From: Synechococcales cyanobacterium S06
GTDB lineage: Bacteria; Cyanobacteriota; Cyanobacteriia; Cyanobacteriales; JAABRE01
Length of the DNA: 64,000 nt
Direction of reading: 5' to 3'
Assembly: GCA_011391125.1 (NCBI GenBank)
Contig: JAABRE010000007.1
Coordinates: 30,660 to 94,659 of the forward strand
The notes beneath the pieces are model-generated. The model was not told the origin of the DNA and made no database searches. It saw only the letters and a list, made by a program, of their open reading frames with translations. A program made the translations under genes and the position numbers. This document shows positions 1 to 7,348 of the stretch, piece by piece. Position 1 is the first letter of the stretch. Each line of letters opens with the position of its first letter.

Positions 1-598
1 GTACACTGACATCCAAAATCTGCACCTGAGCCCCCATTCCTACGGCAATACGGGCTGCTTCTGTACCGACGATCCCCCCCCCTAAGATTAGCACTTGAGC
101 GGGTTTAACGCCTGGAAAACCCCCCAATAAAACGCCCCGGCCTCCCTGTTGTTTTTCGAGGTAACGTGCGCCAAACTGCACTGCTAAACGACCAGCAATT
201 ATGCTCATGGGAGTCAGTAGAGGTAAGCTGCCATCAGCTAAAGCGACGGTTTCGTAGGCGATCGCTGTTACACCAGAATTGAGGAGAGCTTCAGTTAAAG
301 GGCGATCGGCCGCTAAATGAAGGTAGGTAAATAAAAGCTGATGGGGTTGTAAATATTGATATTCCGTGGCTAGAGGCTCTTTGACCTTAACAACCATATT
401 TTGCGACCAAGCTTCTGTGGCTGAAACAATCTTTGCACCAGCATGGAGGTAATCTTCATTAGCAAAACCTGCCCCAATTCCGGCGTTATTTTCCACAAAA
501 ACGCTATGATTATTTTTAACAAGCTCCCTGACACTACTGGGAGTTAAACCGACGCGAAATTCTTGATCTTTGATTTCTTTGGGAACACCAATTTCCAT
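1..598 (-). CDS. ald: Alanine dehydrogenase, N-terminal part (runs off the window start)
   Basis: Not in the ORF track. Manual minus-strand translation from ATG at 598 gives MEIGVPKEIKDQEFRVGLTP..., later VVKVKEPL, FTYLHLAA, PMSIIAGRLA and ILGGGIVG (NAD-binding), all typical of AlaDH. Confidence 0.95.
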   Translation of the reverse strand, partial: MEIGVPKEIKDQEFRVGLTPSSVRELVKNNHSVFVENNAGIGAGFANEDYLHAGAKIVSATEAWSQNMVVKVKEPLATEYQYLQPHQLLFTYLHLAADRPLTEALLNSGVTAIAYETVALADGSLPLLTPMSIIAGRLAVQFGARYLEKQQGGRGVLLGGFPGVKPAQVLILGGGIVGTEAARIAVGMGAQVQILDVSV

Positions 599-710
599 GA
601 ATAATCTCTCCTTAAACAGTTCACAGTTCAAAGTTAACAGTAAATCATTAATTATAAACAGTTAACCCTAAACATTTAACAGTAATATCACTTATTTTAG
701 GCTCGCAAAA

Positions 711-1217
711 ATGAAAAAAATTAACAGTTTAGTCTCAATTATTTTGGCAAGTGTAATCTTAAATCTTGAGCCAGCTTTAGCGGGAAAATTGACTCAGTGG
801 ACTTATAATTTGGAGCAAAATCAATTAGAATTTACCCTAGAAGAAAGTACAACTCCTAATTATTTTATCTTAGAAAATCCGGTCAGAATTGTCATTGATT
901 TACCGAATACTAGATTAGGAAATGTCAAAATTAAAGAAAATTATATCGGTAGAGTGCGAGAAATTCGTTTATCTCAATTTAGCGAAGAAGTAACTCGATT
1001 AGTGGTGGAATTAGTGCCAGAAATTAAGTTAAATTCTGAACAAATTACCTTGGCACAAGTCGACAAAAATCGCTGGATATTACGTCAAAATGTGGACAAT
1101 GTCACGGTGTCAGTACCACCGTTACAGCCTCGTGATCAACCTTCAGCTAATTCCCCTCAAACAGAAGAACAAGAAAATAAATCGCCTATAATTAAATTTG
1201 GTGAACCATTGCCCTGA
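711..1217 (+). CDS. AMIN domain-containing periplasmic protein
   Basis: Signal peptide, then the AMIN motif FILENPVRIVIDLPNT...IRLSQFSEEVTRLVVEL and a Pro-rich tail. Confidence 0.85.
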   Translation: MKKINSLVSIILASVILNLEPALAGKLTQWTYNLEQNQLEFTLEESTTPNYFILENPVRIVIDLPNTRLGNVKIKENYIGRVREIRLSQFSEEVTRLVVELVPEIKLNSEQITLAQVDKNRWILRQNVDNVTVSVPPLQPRDQPSANSPQTEEQENKSPIIKFGEPLP

Positions 1218-1381
1218 ATGTACTCTTAATTTGAATCGAATATCAGTAAAAAAAGGGCGCATATTTTTCTGAAATCGAATACTTTGCTATTGTAGTCTGA
1301 TGTAACAGGAATAATCGTTAGTAATTTAGAATAAATTTGAAGTAATATTTAGACAGAAATAAAAGAGGTTAGAAAAATACT

Positions 1382-2014
1382 ATGAAAAATAAATTATGGA
1401 TTAATCTATTGACAGTTTCTACGTTGGCTCTTGTCGGCAATACGACTTTAAATCAATCTGTCAAAGCTGAAGGAGTCACCTTTGTTTGCGCACCTAATCA
1501 AAATGGAGCGCCGACGACTGTAGCACGTACTCCCCAAGGTGATGTTCCCATCGTTGTTTGGAATACTGAAAAAGGTGGCGGTTTTACCCCTCAAAAACGC
1601 TGTGAAATAGTATCAGCTAAGTTTCAGGATTTTCATGTTCGGGGTATTTTGACATATATGACCACAGGTAGGGAAAATCGACAAAACGTGATTTGTGTTG
1701 CTCAAACCGAAAATGGAGATTGTGTTGAAACTTTATATACCATCTCTGACCAAAAAGCAGATCCAGGAGCCAAACTGAAACAATTATTAGATGTGCGTCT
1801 TCAAGCTTCGGGTCCCATTAGCGAGACCAATGGCCGTATTTATATTGATATGAATCAATACTTGAGGGACGCAATCAACGCCAAGGTAACTATACCGAAT
1901 AGCAATCTACCACCTTCTCAACCTTCCTCTTCTAATGTAACTGATCCCGAAACCTCCGTTAATCCTCGTCAACCTGTTGAAGTTCAACCCGGAAAACCGG
2001 TTCCCCTTTGGTAA
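1382..2014 (+). CDS. COP23 domain-containing secreted protein
   Basis: Signal peptide and COP23-like motifs TFVC, GFTPQKRCEIVSAKFQ and GRENRQNVICVA. Confidence 0.85.
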   Translation: MKNKLWINLLTVSTLALVGNTTLNQSVKAEGVTFVCAPNQNGAPTTVARTPQGDVPIVVWNTEKGGGFTPQKRCEIVSAKFQDFHVRGILTYMTTGRENRQNVICVAQTENGDCVETLYTISDQKADPGAKLKQLLDVRLQASGPISETNGRIYIDMNQYLRDAINAKVTIPNSNLPPSQPSSSNVTDPETSVNPRQPVEVQPGKPVPLW

Positions 2015-2054
2015 TCTGTTCTTATTTGGAAGTTTTGGCAACGCTCTAAAATTA

Positions 2055-2261
2055 GCAGGGCTCAATCATGGGTCCGTCGTTAAAAACGGTGGGGAATTAG
2101 GGTATTGGGGGATTGGGGGGATTTTTCACTCTCGGATTTTAAATCAGAATTAAAAGTCAGAAAATTATCAATTTGTAGCTAGAAATTATCAAAAAAAATG
2201 CTTATTCCCCTGTTTTCTCTTTATTGTTCAAAATAAAAATTTTAGAATGAAACAGCCCTGC
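2055..2261. mobile_element. MITE-like element with degenerate terminal inverted repeats and a 9-bp target-site duplication
   Basis: Ends GCAGGGCTcaatcat ... aatgaaacAGCCCTGC; CTAAAATTA at both 2046-2054 and 2262-2270. Confidence 0.75.
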
Positions 2262-2707
2262 CTAAAATTATGGTTTTGTCTAGTTGCAAGATGATTTATC
2301 AGGGAACAGAAATCTTACTAAAGATTTCTGTTCACCACATTTGGTTATACAAAATCTCAAGCAAGGTAATATTTTGGGGTTAAATTATTAATATTATTTC
2401 TCAAAAATAAAAATATTTCACATTTTTGTTACTATTTTATGGAGATGAAATTTGCACTTTTTTACAGCTAAAAAAAACACTAATCATCTCCAGCCGTTTT
2501 TAAAATTACCTTGATCAATATAATTAAATTTAGCAATGAATAGCGAAGAATTAGGTAAATATATTAGTGCAACCAAGGGATTTTCTAAACCTTGGTTGTT
2601 AGTACAATTAAGATTAAAAAAGTTACAGGAAAGGAAAAATACGATTTCCTCTCAAGAATATCTGACCAGAAAAAAAGGTTTCAGGTTTCCTCCCCTTTCA
2701 AGGGGAT

Positions 2708-2842
2708 TAATAATGATGTACCCCCCTACCCCCCCTCGCGAGGGGGGAAGTAATAATGATGTACCCCCCTACCCCCCCTCGCGAGGGGGGAAGTAATAAT
2801 GATGTACCCCCCTACCCCCCCTCGCGAGGGGGGAAGTAATAA
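2708..2842. repeat. 43-bp tandem repeat, 3 copies plus a partial copy
   Basis: TAATAATGATGTACCCCCCTACCCCCCCTCGCGAGGGGGGAAG starts at 2708, 2751 and 2794; each copy has the internal palindrome CCCCCCTCGCGAGGGGGG. Confidence 0.95.
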
Positions 2843-2876
2843 AAATATTCCTTGTTTCAAGCTACAGTCTAAAGGT

Positions 2877-2904
2877 GTAGGGGTTAACGGCCGTTAACCC
2901 CTAC
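2877..2904. repeat. GTAG-type REP-like perfect palindrome
   Basis: GTAGGGGTTAACGGCCGTTAACCCCTAC (28 bp), followed by heptamer repeats of CTGATAA. Confidence 0.9.
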
Positions 2905-3020
2905 TGTTAACTGATAACTGATAACTGATAACTGAATTTAGGAGAATGGTGGAAAGGAATAGAAGATGAAGTATTTTAAAGTGTTAAAGTAAGGATAGTA
3001 TTTTAGGAGTTTATTGGTTT

Positions 3021-3482
3021 ATGAGTTTATCAGAAATGGACATTATTACTACTGAAGAATTAATAACAGAAGGTACTACTCACAAGGAAGTAATTGAAAC
3101 TGTCATCGGTAGTTTAGATTTCAATAATAATGCTATGGTAAGACAGACAGAAGATGCTTACTTGTGGAAATTTCAGTATGGTAGTGTGGAGGTTTTTGTA
3201 CAGTTAACTGGGGAAACTGATGATGATTTATTAACAGTTTATTCCCCCGTTTTAATGTTACCAGCTCAGGATGAAACTGGTTTAATGCGTAAGTTATTAG
3301 AGATGAATTGGTCCGGAACTTTTGAAACCTGTTTTGCGATCATTAATCAGCAGGTTGTCGCAATGTGTCAACGTACGGTGGCCGAACTTTCACCGGGCGA
3401 AATTTCCCGCGCTATTACTTTAGTTGCAACTATTGCTGATGATAATGACGAACTTTTAAAAGAAGAATTTGGCGCTAATTAA
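3021..3482 (+). CDS. YbjN domain-containing protein
   Basis: Acidic 153-aa protein with WKFQYGSVEVFVQLTGE...LLEMNW...ATIADDNDE, matching the cyanobacterial YbjN-like family. Confidence 0.85.
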   Translation: MSLSEMDIITTEELITEGTTHKEVIETVIGSLDFNNNAMVRQTEDAYLWKFQYGSVEVFVQLTGETDDDLLTVYSPVLMLPAQDETGLMRKLLEMNWSGTFETCFAIINQQVVAMCQRTVAELSPGEISRAITLVATIADDNDELLKEEFGAN

Positions 3483-3493
3483 ATAAATTAATA

Positions 3494-3527
3494 GTAGTGG
3501 TAATTCCTGAATTACCACTACATTTTT
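3494..3527. terminator. Hairpin between convergent genes; probable intrinsic terminator
   Basis: GTAGTGGTAATTC-CT-GAATTACCACTAC followed by a T-run. Confidence 0.65.
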
Positions 3528-4153
3528 TACAACATAAAACTTTCGGTTATACTTGTTTCTCCTAAACTAATTTCCACCTTAAAACGTGTGCCCATTGTCG
3601 CTTTAAATAGTTTAATTTCTAAGTATTTATCTCCTAATTCTGAGGTGACAAATGGCTGACCTAAGTTCCCATTTTCATCTAATAATGATAGTTTAATTTG
3701 AGCAGGTAATTCTTCATTTTCTAGAGGATATAACTGAAATACTAGACTAAATTTATCTTCATTATCTAATTGTAAAAGTGCTAGTAATGCTACCGAATTA
3801 TTTGCTAATTCTAAGGTTTTTGTCCCCATCGCCCTCAGGGAATTTATCTCAAAATATTTGCTAATTACATTATTAACAAATATAAGTTTGTTTGCAGCAA
3901 AAACTGAGGCGATCGGTAGCCATTTTGCAGAAAAACAACCTTGTAACCATTCCAGACCCTTATGCCAAACGCCATTTTCTTGGTCATCTTCTCCCCAAGT
4001 TTCTAACCAATTTCCCTCTAAATCTTCCACATATAAATTAACAAAATCTAAGCCATGTTCTAGCCAGTCGCGTTGTATAGTTTGCTCTAATTCTAAGGCT
4101 TTTAATGCTCTTTGTAATCTATGTTCGGTGGAAAATTTTGTTGTCATGTTCAT
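3527..4153 (-). CDS. DUF1822 family protein
   Basis: C-terminal part WLQGCFSAKWLP...QLYP...LPAQIKLSLLDENG...GTRFKVEISLGETSITESF resembles DUF1822. Confidence 0.7.
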   Translation of the reverse strand: MNMTTKFSTEHRLQRALKALELEQTIQRDWLEHGLDFVNLYVEDLEGNWLETWGEDDQENGVWHKGLEWLQGCFSAKWLPIASVFAANKLIFVNNVISKYFEINSLRAMGTKTLELANNSVALLALLQLDNEDKFSLVFQLYPLENEELPAQIKLSLLDENGNLGQPFVTSELGDKYLEIKLFKATMGTRFKVEISLGETSITESFML

Positions 4154-4177
4154 GCTGAAAAATCTAAATTTTTAAAA

Positions 4178-4873
4178 TTAACAATTGATTGCTTGATAAG
4201 AACCGTCTTTGAGTTGATCGCTACTCCATAAAGTGATATTAATTAATCTTTGGATAGCTTCATTTTCACTGGGATTATAGCTAACAAAAAGACCTCGCTC
4301 AATATGCCATAAGGCCATGGTTTCTTGCCACTTTACGTACTTTTCACTGTAATATTTTTCCGCTAAAGTTGTTACTTGAAGACAGATTGCTTTTTCTTGA
4401 CGATGACTAACAATTAAGTCGGTACCCATGGATAAATCAGCAATATAACGGCGATAAACACTACCGCCACGATTTACGATATCTTTTGCTAAATTATTTA
4501 AAAACTGCTCATCTTCTTGGATAAATTCTCCTGTCATTAATTTTTGTCGCCAAATATAAAGGTGATCGTCGTTTTTAGCTAACCACTTAGGAAAAAGAAT
4601 TTGATACCAATACTTTTGGGTCGGAGTCATTTTTGTTAACAATTCGGTTTCGATTTGTTCGGGAGATAATGTTTTTAAGGCTAACCAAATTTCACTATCT
4701 CGTATCAATTGTAACAGAAAATCGCTTAATAGTTTTTTAGCAGTAAGTGTCCCGGGGCGCAGGTCTCTTAGCCAATAATTGATCTCATCTAATCTCAGAG
4801 CGAGATTGAGGTCAATTTCGGCAGCCTCATCAAGGAGTATTCTTAATCTTTTTTTAATCTCTTGACCCTGCAA
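4178..4873 (-). CDS. Hypothetical protein, possibly with a PD-(D/E)xK-like fold in the C-terminal half
   Basis: 231-aa ORF co-oriented with the DUF1822 gene (24-bp gap); motif ADLSMGTDLIV...ICLQVT. Confidence 0.55.
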   Translation of the reverse strand: MQGQEIKKRLRILLDEAAEIDLNLALRLDEINYWLRDLRPGTLTAKKLLSDFLLQLIRDSEIWLALKTLSPEQIETELLTKMTPTQKYWYQILFPKWLAKNDDHLYIWRQKLMTGEFIQEDEQFLNNLAKDIVNRGGSVYRRYIADLSMGTDLIVSHRQEKAICLQVTTLAEKYYSEKYVKWQETMALWHIERGLFVSYNPSENEAIQRLINITLWSSDQLKDGSYQAINC

Positions 4874-4935
4874 AATTCCCTCCCCCGATCACATTTTTAG
4901 CTAATAAGTAATAGGTAAAAAAAAACTATCAACTA

Positions 4936-5655
4936 TTAACTGCTTAATGCTTGATTTTGTGCTTCAAATATCTCTTTGATCCCACTTTCAGCTAAGTCTA
5001 ATAATTGATTAAGTTCTTGACGACTAAAACTGCCTTTTTCGGCTGTGCCTTGAACTTCAATGAACTCCCCATTGCCGTTTATAATCACGTTGAAATCAAC
5101 TTCAGCGTTACTATCTTCCACAAAATTTAAGTCTAATACGGGTTTTCCTTCAACTATGCCCACGGAAACCGCAGCGACGGAATTGATTAAAGTAGAAGTA
5201 TTGATTAAACCTTTCTCCTGCATTTTCTTGACGGCCAAAGCTAAAGCAACGTAACTCCCAGTAATCGCAGCGGTCCGAGTTCCAGCGTCAGCTTCAATGA
5301 CATCGCAATCAACCATGATAGTACGTTCACCGATCGCCTCTAAATTAATAGTTGAACGAAGACTGCGACTAATTAAGCGTTGAATTTCGTGGGTACGTCC
5401 AGAAAGATGATGTAATTCCCGCTGGTTACGTTCAGTGGTTGCACAAGGGAGCATCCGATATTCCGCAGTCAACCAGCCTTTTCCACTACGATAGAGAAAT
5501 TGGGGTACTCGTTCAGAAATGGAAATATTACATAAAACCTTGGTATTACCAGCATGAACAAGAACAGACCCCATCGCATGGGGAGTATAATGTAAATCGA
5601 ACTTAATCGGACGTAATTGATTAAATTCCCGGGAATCTGGACGTTGGGCAGTCAT
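4936..5655 (-). CDS. rph: Ribonuclease PH
   Basis: [45 protein letters not shown] and IEVQGTAE motifs. Confidence 0.97.
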   Translation of the reverse strand: MTAQRPDSREFNQLRPIKFDLHYTPHAMGSVLVHAGNTKVLCNISISERVPQFLYRSGKGWLTAEYRMLPCATTERNQRELHHLSGRTHEIQRLISRSLRSTINLEAIGERTIMVDCDVIEADAGTRTAAITGSYVALALAVKKMQEKGLINTSTLINSVAAVSVGIVEGKPVLDLNFVEDSNAEVDFNVIINGNGEFIEVQGTAEKGSFSRQELNQLLDLAESGIKEIFEAQNQALSS

Positions 5656-5746
5656 AATAAAATTAATCTATCTTTTCTTACAGTGTAGCGTAAACAGTTA
5701 TGATAATCTTGATAGTTGTTTAATAATAGTTATTTTGGGTAAATAG

Positions 5747-5836
5747 ATGGATATTCTCACATTAGGTTGGGCTTCAATTTTAGCTTTATTCACTTGGTCG
5801 ATCGCCATGGTTGTTTGGGGTCGTGACGGTTTGTAA
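5747..5836 (+). CDS. petN: Cytochrome b6f complex subunit PetN
   Basis: Below the ORF-track cutoff. Manual translation: MDILTLGWASILALFTWSIAMVVWGRDGL*. Confidence 0.93.
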   Translation: MDILTLGWASILALFTWSIAMVVWGRDGL

Positions 5837-5839
5837 GTA

Positions 5840-5986
5840 ATGATCGTGGAAACAAATTCTTTACTCTATTTTCTGTTTATTTCAGCTTTCGTCCTACTTT
5901 TGCTCGTCAGTGGTGGTGTTTTATACCTGACTACTGTGGAATGGCGCGATCGTCGTCGTCTTGACAAAGAAAAACGTGGTAAATAA
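5840..5986 (+). CDS. Small single-TM membrane protein (48 aa) directly downstream of petN
   Basis: Manual translation: MIVETNSLLYFLFISAFVLLLLVSGGVLYLTTVEWRDRRRLDKEKRGK*; starts 3 bp after the petN stop. Confidence 0.8.
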   Translation: MIVETNSLLYFLFISAFVLLLLVSGGVLYLTTVEWRDRRRLDKEKRGK

Positions 5987-6055
5987 CCCGAACTAGGAGA
6001 TAATTTTTATAATTGTCTCCTACAATTAAATTATCGCCAAGTTTTCTGTTAAACT

Positions 6056-6286
6056 ATGAAACAACTAACGAGAATTACGTTTAATCCTGAAATTATGGGA
6101 GGCAAACCTTGTATCCGAGGTTTGCGTGTTACTGTGGGTACGATAGTTGGTTTAATGGCTTCCGGACAAACTCCTGAAACCATTTTAGAAGCTTATCCCT
6201 ATTTAGAATTAGCTGATATTTATGAGGCCTTAGCTTATGCTGCTTGGCGTTCTGAAGAAATTGAAGTCAATTTAGCTTCTGTGTAA
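6056..6286 (+). CDS. DUF433 domain protein (antitoxin-like), no partner adjacent
   Basis: RITFNPEIMGGKPCIRGLRVTV...ILEAYPYLELADIYEALAYAA. Confidence 0.92.
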   Translation: MKQLTRITFNPEIMGGKPCIRGLRVTVGTIVGLMASGQTPETILEAYPYLELADIYEALAYAAWRSEEIEVNLASV

Positions 6287-6291
6287 ACTTT

Positions 6292-6756
6292 TTAATCTGG
6301 TTTTTTCGCCGTAATCACCTCCACAGGACGCAGGACATTTTCCCCAACCTTGAAACCTTGGCGAATAATTTTAGTAATGGTCTTATCTTCCACGTCCTCT
6401 CGAATTTCCCGATCTACCACTTGACAGAGACTAAAATCAGGTAAAGAATCTTCAAATTTAATTAAATTTACTTCCCTTTTTTCGAGAATATCTAAGAGTT
6501 TTTTCTGAATTGTACCAAAATATTTAGGTAATCTTTTGATAAATTGCGGTGGTAATTCTGGGTTTTCTTCCATGTAATTTATGAAGTATTCCACAGAATC
6601 AAATAATTCTAATAACTCTAATAATAACTGTTCTTTGCTTGCTTGAGCGCCTTCTTTTTCTTCCCTTACTGATTGTTGTAAGGCTACTTTTTCCTTTAAT
6701 AAATTACTTAATTCCTGTTGTATTTGTTCCCGTTGTTCGCTTTTTAAAAGATACAT
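6292..6756 (-). CDS. GrpE-like nucleotide exchange factor (short, divergent)
   Basis: N-terminal coiled coil and the C-terminal GrpE motif IIRQGFKVGENVLRPVEVI. Confidence 0.8.
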   Translation of the reverse strand: MYLLKSEQREQIQQELSNLLKEKVALQQSVREEKEGAQASKEQLLLELLELFDSVEYFINYMEENPELPPQFIKRLPKYFGTIQKKLLDILEKREVNLIKFEDSLPDFSLCQVVDREIREDVEDKTITKIIRQGFKVGENVLRPVEVITAKKPD

Positions 6757-6772
6757 TTTTTAGCTCCTGTTA

Positions 6773-6903
6773 TTTTTTATCTCACTCCAAGACGCAAAGG
6801 GGTTGGTCGGCTTTGCTGTCTATATTTGGGTTTTTTATCTCACGCAAAGGCGCAAAGACGCAAAGGGGTTGGTCGGCTTTGCTGTCTATATTTGGGTTTT
6901 TTT
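6773..6903. repeat. Tandem duplication built on the TCTCACGCAAAGGCGCAAAG repeat family
   Basis: AAGACGCAAAGGGGTTGGTCGGCTTTGCTGTCTATATTTGGGTTTTTT occurs twice; related cores near 20873, 21835 and 38414. Confidence 0.85.
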
Positions 6904-6913
6904 AGGTTAAATA

Positions 6914-7270
6914 TTAGTCAGAAAATAACATTTTTCCTAGTCTTTTGTCAATTTCACCGCCATCTTTTGCCATTTCTATTATTGTTTCGAGGTTGTCAAA
7001 TTCGGGTAAGATTTCTAGTTCAGGTTCGGGTTTTTCTAATTCTGAAAAGTCCTCTTTTTTGAATCTTTTTATCGGTGGAAGTATCGGTTTTAAGTAATCG
7101 GCGATTATCCTTTCTTCGGTGTTCATTAATGCTTTGCGCGCCCCGGCAATGACATCGGGTTTATATTTTTTCCGTTTCATTGCTTGCATAAATGCTTTAG
7201 TTATTTCGGCATTTGATGCAGCTTGGGATACTTCTAAAACGTCGTAAGGGTTGATATATTCTTGGGTCAT
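6914..7270 (-). CDS. J-domain-like protein lacking the HPD motif
   Basis: NPYDVLEVSQAASNAEITKAF matches J-domain helices I-II, but the loop reads KRKKYKPD instead of HPD. Confidence 0.7.
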   Translation of the reverse strand: MTQEYINPYDVLEVSQAASNAEITKAFMQAMKRKKYKPDVIAGARKALMNTEERIIADYLKPILPPIKRFKKEDFSELEKPEPELEILPEFDNLETIIEMAKDGGEIDKRLGKMLFSD

Positions 7271-7348
7271 TTTTGCCTCCTAATAAGACTTTGATTAAAT
7301 GGTTTTAAAAGATAATAAATAAATCCTTGTTAATAATTTACAACTATG

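Larger units (their letters stand above)
2536..2979 (+). pseudogene. Small cyanobacterial hypothetical protein gene split by a repeat insertion
   Basis: N-terminal part MNSEELGKYISATKGFSKPWLLVQLRLKKLQERKNTISSQEY (2536 to about 2664). An in-frame C-terminal part NLGEWWKGIEDEVF* lies at 2935-2979, separated by about 270 bp of repeats containing stops. Confidence 0.75.

Noticed and set aside
2665..2796. Pro-rich C-terminus of the 86-aa ORF as real protein sequence
   Set aside because: It is read-through into the 43-bp repeat; the plausible native C-terminus is at 2935-2979.
2708..2842. Possible CRISPR array
   Set aside because: The units are identical tandem copies with no unique spacers, and no cas genes are in the window.
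6639..7062. Plus-strand ORFs of 88 and 78 aa
   Set aside because: They are antisense to the grpE-like and J-like genes and built partly from the tandem duplication.
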